Source: an uncultured Pseudomonadales bacterium
GTDB lineage: Bacteria; Patescibacteriota; Microgenomatia; UBA1400; PJMF01
Length of the DNA: 64,000 bases
Direction of reading: 5' to 3'
Assembly (NCBI GenBank): GCA_964574595.1
Contig: CAZNOF010000009.1
Location: 2,996-66,995, forward strand
Shown here: in pieces, positions 36,906-44,986 of the stretch
Layout: each line of letters begins with the position of its first letter
Numbering within the stretch: the stretch's first letter is position 1
Made by a program: the position numbers and the translations under genes
Notes under the pieces: model-generated
Database searches by the model: none
What the model saw: the letters and a program-made list of their open reading frames with translations, nothing else
Told to the model about the DNA's origin: nothing

Positions 36906-38666
36906 ATGATGTCTCAACAAACAGAAAGTCTTCATTGGAAAGTTGCTGGTCGCGCTGGCGAGGGAATTGACGTGACCGGTACCATTTTTGGGAAGCTTTG
37001 TCTGAGACACGGCATGAATGTCTTCTCATATCGGGAGTATCCTTCTTTAATTCGTGGCGGTCACAATACCCACCAGGTTCATGCCAGTTTTGATCCGCTC
37101 ACTTGCCAACAAGAACATATTGACCTTCTCATTGCTCTAAATGAAGAAAGTATTGCGCTTCACCTAAAAGAGTTGAACGAACACTCAGTTGTTTTTTGTG
37201 AAGCAATCGTTGATGGCTATGATTACAAGAAATATGAGTCGTGTGGAGCCACTTTTTACGACTTTCCAATGGCGAATTTATCTCGAGAAGAGACCGGTCA
37301 CTTCATGGCAGAAAACATGGTTTCTTTAGGAGCGACCGCTTTTGTGCTAGGCCTGGACGTTGAAATTCTGAAGCAGGTGATTGCTGACCAATTTGGCGAT
37401 AAAGGACCGCACGTAGTAGAAAATAACCATAAAGCCATGAACCGTGGCTACGAGTATGCGAAAGAACACTTTACTCCCATTCGCACTGCCTATCCCAAAA
37501 AAGAAAATAAACAAATTTTAATTACCGGTAACCAAGCCGTAGCATTAGGGGCAATTGCAGGTGGTGTTCAGTTCTTCAGCGGCTATCCAATGACCCCCAC
37601 ATCAGACGTGATGCACTTCTTAGCCGCACAACAAAAAAACTTTCCGATCGTCGTCAAGCACGTGGAAGATGAAGTTGCTGCGATTAATGAAGCCATTGGT
37701 GCTTCTTATACTGGCGTCAGAGCTATGACGGCTTCTGCGACTGGCGGATATGCTTTGATGGTAGAAGGAACCTCTCTGGCAGGCGTTATGGAAACTCCTC
37801 TGGTAATTTGTGTGGGTCAACGACCTGGTCCTGCTACTGGTTTACCAACTTGGACATGTCAATCAGATTTGCAATTTATCATTCGAGCTGGACATGGCGA
37901 AATTCCTCGAGTTGTTTTAACACCATCAAATACGCATGAACATTTTGAATTAACTCGTTTTGCCTTTCAATTAGCCGAAAAATATCAAATAGTCGTCTTT
38001 GTGCTATCAGATAAGTTCGCGTTGGAATCACTCATGTCGATGCCACGACCAGATGACATCTATCAAAATGAGCGCCTGAGTTTTGCACCAGAAGTACTGC
38101 CCGAAGATAATTCCTATCGCCGATTTGAAGTGACTGAAGAAGGCTATTCTCCTCGTTCAGTTCCTGGCCAACCCCATGGATTAAGCATTACCAATAGTTA
38201 TGAACATGACGAGTTTGGCTATGCAACCGAATCTGGCGAAATGACCAAGATCATGAACGAAAAACGAGAACGTAAAATGAAGGGAATCGCACGAGAAATT
38301 CCACAGCCAGAGTTAATTGGACCGGCTAAGGCCGATATTACGTATGTCAGTTGGGGCTCTACACGAGTCGTTCTGGAGGACGTGGTCAAGCGACTTAGTA
38401 CTGGCAAGGAAAAGTTTACCGCCAACTTGATCCATATTCCTTGTGCGTGGCCATTTCCAAAAGACACTTTTTTCCACTTAGCCGCAAGTTCAGAAAACTT
38501 AGTCATGGTCGAGGCGAACATTACTGGTCAAATGGAAGACTTAATCAAACAAGAAACCGGACTCAACTTCCATCATCATATTCGCCGCTATGATGGCAGA
38601 CCGTTCTATGCGTCTGATATTATTGAACAAACAAGAACATTTTTAGAAGAAGGAACAAACCATTGA
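36906..38666 (+). CDS. 2-oxoacid:ferredoxin oxidoreductase, alpha subunit (fused gamma/alpha type)
   Basis: 586-aa KorA-type architecture with the transketolase-like Pyr domain GYPMTPTSD. Translationally coupled to the beta subunit. Confidence 0.75.
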   Translation: MMSQQTESLHWKVAGRAGEGIDVTGTIFGKLCLRHGMNVFSYREYPSLIRGGHNTHQVHASFDPLTCQQEHIDLLIALNEESIALHLKELNEHSVVFCEAIVDGYDYKKYESCGATFYDFPMANLSREETGHFMAENMVSLGATAFVLGLDVEILKQVIADQFGDKGPHVVENNHKAMNRGYEYAKEHFTPIRTAYPKKENKQILITGNQAVALGAIAGGVQFFSGYPMTPTSDVMHFLAAQQKNFPIVVKHVEDEVAAINEAIGASYTGVRAMTASATGGYALMVEGTSLAGVMETPLVICVGQRPGPATGLPTWTCQSDLQFIIRAGHGEIPRVVLTPSNTHEHFELTRFAFQLAEKYQIVVFVLSDKFALESLMSMPRPDDIYQNERLSFAPEVLPEDNSYRRFEVTEEGYSPRSVPGQPHGLSITNSYEHDEFGYATESGEMTKIMNEKRERKMKGIAREIPQPELIGPAKADITYVSWGSTRVVLEDVVKRLSTGKEKFTANLIHIPCAWPFPKDTFFHLAASSENLVMVEANITGQMEDLIKQETGLNFHHHIRRYDGRPFYASDIIEQTRTFLEEGTNH

Positions 38667-38668
38667 GT

Positions 38669-39646
38669 ATGTTGACTGCCCAACTAAAAGCTGCACTACT
38701 CGGCAGCGATCAACAACCTTTATCTACTCAACCTGACGCAGCGTCGGTTGAAGAACCTGTGCATATGGACGAAAAACAACATAACTACATCAGCAAAGCC
38801 TCATTGGCCTCACCATACTTTCCAACTTGGTGTCCAGGTTGTGGCAACTTTGGTGTTTGGACGGCCTTCAAGAACGCCTTAGCAGAACTGCAACTTCCAG
38901 AAGAAGATGTAGTGGTGGTTTATGGCGTAGGCTGCAGCGGAAATATGGCTGATTTTAATCGAGTTTATGGTTTTCACTCCCTGCATGGTAGAGCTATTCC
39001 AAGTGCAGTTGCCATTAAAATGGCAAATCACCGACTGAAAGTAATTGTGGTTGCTGGGGATGGTGACACATACGGAGAAGGGCTCAACCATTTCTTATCT
39101 GCTTGCCGAGGAAATCACGATATTACCATCTTGGTGCATGATAACGCTGTCTATGGCTTAACTACTGGCCAAGCTGCTCCAACCACAGCTCGGGGTGAAA
39201 AGACCAAATCCACACCAACTGGCGCACCCGAACAGGCTATTAATCCGTTAGGCCTAGCTCTCACCGCCGATGCGACCTTTTTAGCTCGTGGCTTCTCAGG
39301 TGAGATCGGTCACTTAACAACCTTAATTAAAGCAGCAATTCAACACGAGGGTATTTCACTCGTTGATATGTTCCAGCCATGCTTTACTTTCAATCATCAC
39401 AATACCTACGCGTACTTTAAAGAACGAGTCTACCATTTAGAAAAAGAAGGCCACAACTCTTCAGACAAGTTTGCAGCCTGGCAAAAGACCTATGAAATGG
39501 ATCGTCTGCCAATCGGAATCTTCTACGAAGAAAAAGAGAGTAGACCACCCATGCACAAAAACTTTCCACAGCTAGATAAAGGCCCATTGGTCAAACAATC
39601 TATTGCTGAAATCAATCTAACTCCTGTCCTCGGCAAACTCGCTTGA
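38669..39646 (+). CDS. 2-oxoacid:ferredoxin oxidoreductase, beta subunit (TPP-binding)
   Basis: CPGCGNFG and the TPP motif GDGDTYGEGLNH. The tracked start at 38663 is TTG; ATG at 38669. Confidence 0.8.
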   Translation: MLTAQLKAALLGSDQQPLSTQPDAASVEEPVHMDEKQHNYISKASLASPYFPTWCPGCGNFGVWTAFKNALAELQLPEEDVVVVYGVGCSGNMADFNRVYGFHSLHGRAIPSAVAIKMANHRLKVIVVAGDGDTYGEGLNHFLSACRGNHDITILVHDNAVYGLTTGQAAPTTARGEKTKSTPTGAPEQAINPLGLALTADATFLARGFSGEIGHLTTLIKAAIQHEGISLVDMFQPCFTFNHHNTYAYFKERVYHLEKEGHNSSDKFAAWQKTYEMDRLPIGIFYEEKESRPPMHKNFPQLDKGPLVKQSIAEINLTPVLGKLA

Positions 39647-39743
39647 TATATTTTGATTCTCTAAGATGTAATTGTCAGTTCGGTTAACATTCGGTACTGT
39701 AAAGAGGTTCGGAAAATATTCGCCCGAAACTGTTAGGAGCCGC

Positions 39744-40364
39744 ATGCCAATCACACTGTACAAACGCCAACGCCAAATTGTGGACTTCATTGCCCAATAT
39801 ATTCAAAAAAATGGCTACTCACCAACACTTCAGGAGATCGCCAACTCAATTGGCGTTTCGTCCTTGGCAACTGTACATGAACATCTTCAAGCCTTACAAC
39901 GCAAACGCGTTATTAAGAAATTTGAAGGTGCAGTTAGAGGCATTGAATTGATTGATCGAACCTATTTACGAATGGCAGACAGTGTCGATTTACCATTCAT
40001 GGGTTTCATTGCCGCCGGATCCCCAATCCAGCCACACATTGACCCAAGCGCCACCTTTAAAGTTTCTCCAGAAATGATCAGTGGCAAAAAGAGATCCTAC
40101 GTCCTTCAAGTTAAAGGCAAATCGATGATTGAAGATCATATTGATGATGGTGACTTTGTGGTAATTGAAGAGCGAAGTGATGTCAACGACGGTGATATTG
40201 TTGTGGCACTGCTAGACAATGGTTTGGCCACATTAAAACGCTTTTATAAAGAGGCGACACGTGTCAGGTTGGAGCCAGCTAACTCAACCATGAGTCCTAT
40301 TTACGCCACTAACGTTCAAGTGCAAGGCAGAGTTGTTGGCCTCATTCGTAAGTTTTCTTATTGA
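39744..40364 (+). CDS. lexA: LexA repressor (SOS regulator, S24 peptidase)
   Basis: N-terminal wHTH SPTLQEIANSIGVSSLATVHEHL. AAG cleavage site IAAGSP. Catalytic VKGKSM...GD. The tracked start at 39672 is TTG; ATG at 39744. Confidence 0.8.
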   Translation: MPITLYKRQRQIVDFIAQYIQKNGYSPTLQEIANSIGVSSLATVHEHLQALQRKRVIKKFEGAVRGIELIDRTYLRMADSVDLPFMGFIAAGSPIQPHIDPSATFKVSPEMISGKKRSYVLQVKGKSMIEDHIDDGDFVVIEERSDVNDGDIVVALLDNGLATLKRFYKEATRVRLEPANSTMSPIYATNVQVQGRVVGLIRKFSY

Positions 40365-40366
40365 AC

Positions 40367-41884
40367 TTATAACTCAGCGCAGCTTTTGAATTGATAGACA
40401 CCCACAAACTTGTCTCCAACAGGTTTCATGAATTTCTTTTTCTCTGTTAGAAGAGATTCCATACCAAGCATTTGTAGGTCTCTGCTCACAAAATATGGAT
40501 GAATATTTGGACTTTGGCATAAAGCTTGTTTCAGATCTGTGAGACTTATTTGTTGCGGCAGATACTGGACTTTCACTAAGTCAGATTTTTGAAAGCAACT
40601 CATAATACTGTTCTCTGGATTACCAGAATCAAGTCGTATGAAGATGAATGTTCGCTTGTTACCGCTAGCTTCTGTCAGATAATCACATGCTTCCTGAACT
40701 CCATATCCAGATGTCCACTCACTGACATATTCTGTTTGCTGTGAGAAGCGAGTAACACTGGATAAAAGCCGAAAGTAATTGAGGGGAGTGAAAATCAGAA
40801 GTCCCGAAATAACCACTGGAATGCTCACCAACAGTCCAAAGCCAGCTCGCCTGAATTGTGGCAACTTAGTCATGAGCGATTGAAACCCATCAACTGCAAA
40901 AATAGAAATAAGTGGCAAGAACGCCACAATGTATCTGGGAGAAGGGTTTTTTACTGTCAGAATAAAGATCGATAATCCGGCTAGAAGCCAGATTAAAATT
41001 CTTTTTTGATGTACATCTTTTCTCAGCGAGAACAATTTGAATGAGTACAAAGTGCAAATCAAAACAAGTGGCGTTATATAGACTACTGATAATTCAACGA
41101 CAGTGATCAAATTATGAAGCCAAAGTGACATTGGAAATGAAACAAGCTCGCCTAATCCTAAACTAAAGCGACTGTTCATCGAAATGATATTGCTAAAAAG
41201 CGGTTGAACCAATAAAGGAAAGAGCACGAGTAAAGTTGTCGAAAGAGCAATCAAAAAATAAATGCTCTTTTTTTGAATGACTTCCCAGGATGCATTTTTA
41301 AAAGACAGAACCAATAAAAGACCAGCTTCAAAACAAAAAATGACTGGAGTGGATTTAATAAAAATACCGATCCCCAACAAGCTACCCAGCAGAGTCGCAG
41401 TTTTTAGTGATGACTTTTCTAAAAATCCTAAGGTCAAATAACAGGACCAAACACCTACCGCTGCAACTGCACTCTCCATTAATGCTTGCCGATCGAAAAA
41501 AACAAAAATGGGTAGGAGTGAATAGACCAAGATGACTTGCCAAGACTTCAATTGAGGAAAGTAGCGATTGGTCAAAGCTCGCAAGCCCAATATCGTACAG
41601 AAGCCAGTCGAAACAGCGATGAGCCTTGCGGCAATGAGTGGAGAAGGCACTATTATTTGCATGAAGCCAAATAGCCACATCAGTAGTGGCTGCTTGCCAT
41701 CAAAAAGAGAAAAGAAAAGCAGGTTAGAGCTGTGAATTTCTCTCCAGCCCCAATCTATATAAATAGCTTCGTCGTTAAATACTGGCAGCAAAGTCAAGCA
41801 AAGCAGGTGGGAGAGCCAGTAAAACAGACTCGCTAATACATCGGGTTTTTGAATGAACTGTAAAAAGGCACGCTTTGTACTCAT
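40367..41884 (-). CDS. GT-C fold glycosyltransferase (ArnT/PMT-like, GT39/83 family) membrane protein
   Basis: About 12 TM helices with a first-loop DE motif (FNDEAIYIDWGW). Confidence 0.45.
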   Translation of the reverse strand: MSTKRAFLQFIQKPDVLASLFYWLSHLLCLTLLPVFNDEAIYIDWGWREIHSSNLLFFSLFDGKQPLLMWLFGFMQIIVPSPLIAARLIAVSTGFCTILGLRALTNRYFPQLKSWQVILVYSLLPIFVFFDRQALMESAVAAVGVWSCYLTLGFLEKSSLKTATLLGSLLGIGIFIKSTPVIFCFEAGLLLVLSFKNASWEVIQKKSIYFLIALSTTLLVLFPLLVQPLFSNIISMNSRFSLGLGELVSFPMSLWLHNLITVVELSVVYITPLVLICTLYSFKLFSLRKDVHQKRILIWLLAGLSIFILTVKNPSPRYIVAFLPLISIFAVDGFQSLMTKLPQFRRAGFGLLVSIPVVISGLLIFTPLNYFRLLSSVTRFSQQTEYVSEWTSGYGVQEACDYLTEASGNKRTFIFIRLDSGNPENSIMSCFQKSDLVKVQYLPQQISLTDLKQALCQSPNIHPYFVSRDLQMLGMESLLTEKKKFMKPVGDKFVGVYQFKSCAEL

Positions 41885-42429
41885 TTGCTTTCTGCTAAAA
41901 ATGGTCGCTCAACAAATCCTTCTTCATGATTCACGAAGCAACGCAAAACATACAAATAATCTGACAAGCGGTTCACATACTTTAAAATAATTGGTGAGAC
42001 TTCAGTTTCCTGTGAGTAGCGAACGACCAGTCGTTCCAATCTTCTGCAGACGGTTCTGGTCACATCTAATCGAGCTGCTCCTTCGTGGCCACCTGGAAAA
42101 AGAAACTTAGACATCCAATTTTTTTCCATCTGATTTTGCAAACTTTCAGAAATTTTTTCTAATTTGTCCAGCTTAGCTTGAGTAAGTTTGGCTTTGGGAG
42201 ACTGGGCTAATTCAGCTCCTATATAAAACAAGGTATCTTGAACTTCCTTCAGAAACTTCTTTTGATCTGTAAATTGATCGGATAAACGAACCAGGGAAAG
42301 TCCTATCCAAGAGTTGAGCTCATCTTGGGTTCCCAGAACTTCAAAAATCAGCGCATCTTTGCTAATTCGTTGGCCATTTGCCAATCCTGATTGGCCTTTG
42401 TCTCCGGTTTTGGTGGTAACGGAATTCAT
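41881..42429 (-). CDS. PduO-type ATP:cob(I)alamin adenosyltransferase (MMAB family)
   Basis: N-terminal TKTGDKGQSGL motif, 182 aa. Start overlaps the downstream minus-strand gene by 4 nt. Confidence 0.75.
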   Translation of the reverse strand: MNSVTTKTGDKGQSGLANGQRISKDALIFEVLGTQDELNSWIGLSLVRLSDQFTDQKKFLKEVQDTLFYIGAELAQSPKAKLTQAKLDKLEKISESLQNQMEKNWMSKFLFPGGHEGAARLDVTRTVCRRLERLVVRYSQETEVSPIILKYVNRLSDYLYVLRCFVNHEEGFVERPFLAESK

Positions 42430-42472
42430 ACGCTAGCCTTTCTTTTTGTGGAGCATAATAGTATCTTACCAA

Positions 42473-43480
42473 ATGATGTATATAGAAACCTTCACAGATC
42501 CTAGTTGTTTCGACTCTTTAGCAAATGAATGGCACGAGTTACTCACCCGAGCAATCACTAACCAAGTCTTTATCACTCCCGAGTTCCAAAAAGCCTGGTG
42601 GACTACCTTAGGCAACGGCGAGCTGCACGTGGTGACTTTTCGTGATGAGAACAAAAAATTAGTTGGCCTTGCTCCAATGTACACATTTGAAAACGATCAG
42701 AAAGTTCTACAACTGAGTTTCATTGGCTGTACAGATGTCTCAGACTATCTTGATTTTGTGGTTGATAAAAACGCCGCAGGTCAGATTCTTCCAGAGATAG
42801 CAAAATATTTGACAGAGCAAGCAAAATTCAGTTACGCTTTTTTCTGTAGTATTCCCCAAGTCTCATCAACAGTAACTACCTTGAAAGAATCTGTCATGCA
42901 ACTTGGTTGGAAAACAGAACAAAAGCAGCAGGATGTTTGTCCGGTAATTACCTTACCAGCCTCTTGGGAGGAGTACTTAGCCATGATTGGCAAAAAACAA
43001 CGTCATGAAATCAAGCGCAAGTGGAAAAAACTCTTTGAAGAACAGGAAGCAGCGTTTGAGCTGATAGAGTTACCAACTGAGACAGATTCCGCAATTCAAG
43101 ATTTCATCTGGTTGCACCAAGCATCAAGCAAGGATAAAAGCAATTTTTGGAACGATAGGCATGTGGAATTTTTCAAATATTTCGCTCAAAAGACTGCCGA
43201 ACGAAATTGGCTGAAGCTGTACTTCTTAAAAATAGGCACAGTGCGAGTAGCTGCCATGCTTGGCTTCGAATATAACAATCAGTTCTTCCTCTATAACTCT
43301 GGATTTGTTTCCGATTCCTTCAGAGAATACGGGATTGGCTCGGTGCTGACCGCGTACACTATTCAGCAGGCCATTGCTGGGGGCAACTCTCGTTATGATT
43401 TTTTGCGGGGAGATGAAGAGTATAAATTCAGATTTAGAGCAGTTTCAGAACCGGTTTTTGATCTAACTTTCTCACGCTGA
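42473..43480 (+). CDS. GNAT-fold protein of the FemAB/CelD/BioF2-like (Acetyltransf_6) type
   Basis: ~335 aa, with the conserved core ...WLKLYFLKIGTVRVAAMLGFEYNNQFFLYNSGF... The tracked start at 42446 is TTG; ATG at 42473. Confidence 0.45.
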   Translation: MMYIETFTDPSCFDSLANEWHELLTRAITNQVFITPEFQKAWWTTLGNGELHVVTFRDENKKLVGLAPMYTFENDQKVLQLSFIGCTDVSDYLDFVVDKNAAGQILPEIAKYLTEQAKFSYAFFCSIPQVSSTVTTLKESVMQLGWKTEQKQQDVCPVITLPASWEEYLAMIGKKQRHEIKRKWKKLFEEQEAAFELIELPTETDSAIQDFIWLHQASSKDKSNFWNDRHVEFFKYFAQKTAERNWLKLYFLKIGTVRVAAMLGFEYNNQFFLYNSGFVSDSFREYGIGSVLTAYTIQQAIAGGNSRYDFLRGDEEYKFRFRAVSEPVFDLTFSR

Positions 43481-44227
43481 GTTAGTACCTTTTTTCCAAT
43501 CTGCTTTCTCAAGAATTGGGGCATACGCGTCATCAGCCATCTCAATTCGTAATGCTGCAAGTTCTGCATCTGTTGGAACATGATTCGAGAACTCCACGTC
43601 TTGAACCTCCGTTACCAAACCAAGAGGAGTTTGCTCATTTCCTTCACCCATCTCCATCACCGCAGCAATAGTGACACTTTGCATAATGTTTAACTGCTCC
43701 ATCTTGAGTTCTCTACCAAAAAGGTCATGTTTCCCGATGTAATTTCTGAGGGGATTAAAGCCACAGTGGGCAATTGCGTGTCCAATCACACCCCAGTTCA
43801 GAGGAATGCTGGTACTATCTGACATAGTCACACCGACCTCCTTCACTCCATAGTGTTCTCGAAGGAAATGCCAAATTTGATTGACTGCTTTTTGCGGATC
43901 TTCTGGCCAGAGGATGTACTGATTATCTGCATTCGATTCGTCTATGCCAGCATTCACAAACATCCAGTTTCGCTTCACGGTCAGCATCAAGTTATATTTA
44001 GAGGAGTGAGGTTCAAGGTAGAGGTCAGCTTCTTTTCTGACTAAAGCGTGTTTTTCACTTTTATCCTCGGTGGTCTTTGGCACAAATCGATCTTCAGAAG
44101 TACTTACCACTTTTGAAGCTATGACCAGGATAGAGCGTTCAGGCAACTCAGAAATTGATTCAGCAATCACCTGGTTTATATTATCCCTAGCTCTGACTAA
44201 ACGTGTTTTATACGCCGTAATTTTCAT
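43472..44227 (-). CDS. CofE-like (F420-0:gamma-glutamyl ligase family) protein
   Basis: Motif MFVNAGIDESNA, matching NAGIDxSN of PF01996. 251 aa. Confidence 0.5.
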   Translation of the reverse strand: MKITAYKTRLVRARDNINQVIAESISELPERSILVIASKVVSTSEDRFVPKTTEDKSEKHALVRKEADLYLEPHSSKYNLMLTVKRNWMFVNAGIDESNADNQYILWPEDPQKAVNQIWHFLREHYGVKEVGVTMSDSTSIPLNWGVIGHAIAHCGFNPLRNYIGKHDLFGRELKMEQLNIMQSVTIAAVMEMGEGNEQTPLGLVTEVQDVEFSNHVPTDAELAALRIEMADDAYAPILEKADWKKGTNSA

Positions 44228-44281
44228 TCCGTTATTCTACCACCTTAAATCTCAGCCGATTTAATAATATACTGTATAAAT

Positions 44282-44914
44282 ATGAAAAAGATTTTAGGCC
44301 TGTTTCTGTTTGTTTTTGCCACTTGGACAGTAATTAGAGTTTTTACTCAGTTAAGTGATGGGTTAGAAGAGATATTCTTTAAACCGGTACTGTTTATTAT
44401 TTCCGCGTACAGTATTTCAAACAGTAAAAAGATTGGTGATTTTTTAACCGAGGTTGGTTTTAGTAAAGAAAAGTTATTGAACAGTATTCTGTGGGGACTT
44501 GGTGCTGTCATCATTTTGATTATCTATGAAGAATTTATTAGCCACTTCTTAGCTGGGCATGATTTAAGACTGAGCAGACTGAATTTGCAATCATCTGCTT
44601 TTTATTACAGTATTCTTGTTTCTTTTTTCACTGCTGTATCAGAGGAAATCGTCTTCAGAGGTTTTATCTTTAAAAAGCTGCTTGAGCTGAAGAAAGGGTT
44701 TGTGTTTTCAGCCGTTCTCAGCATTGTTGCATTCGTGCTACTGCACATTCCGCGAACAATCTTCATCCTTCACTACTCACCTGCGGATCTGTTTAACTAC
44801 ATCCTGATTTTGATCTTCCTTGGTACAATTAATACACTGCTTTTTTGGAAAACGAGAAATTTGGCTTCCAGTATTACGGCACATACCATCTGGAACATTT
44901 TTACCAGTCTTTAG
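44282..44914 (+). CDS. CPBP (CAAX protease/Abi) family intramembrane metalloprotease
   Basis: Motif 1 EEIVFRG, motif 2 FxxxH (VLLHIP), motif 3 HxxxN (HTIWN). Confidence 0.7.
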   Translation: MKKILGLFLFVFATWTVIRVFTQLSDGLEEIFFKPVLFIISAYSISNSKKIGDFLTEVGFSKEKLLNSILWGLGAVIILIIYEEFISHFLAGHDLRLSRLNLQSSAFYYSILVSFFTAVSEEIVFRGFIFKKLLELKKGFVFSAVLSIVAFVLLHIPRTIFILHYSPADLFNYILILIFLGTINTLLFWKTRNLASSITAHTIWNIFTSL

Positions 44915-44986
44915 CGTCAGATATTCGGATTGTATTTGGGTAAGTTTTTCGCTATAGTAGAGACTTATTTTATTTTAATCTGCTCT

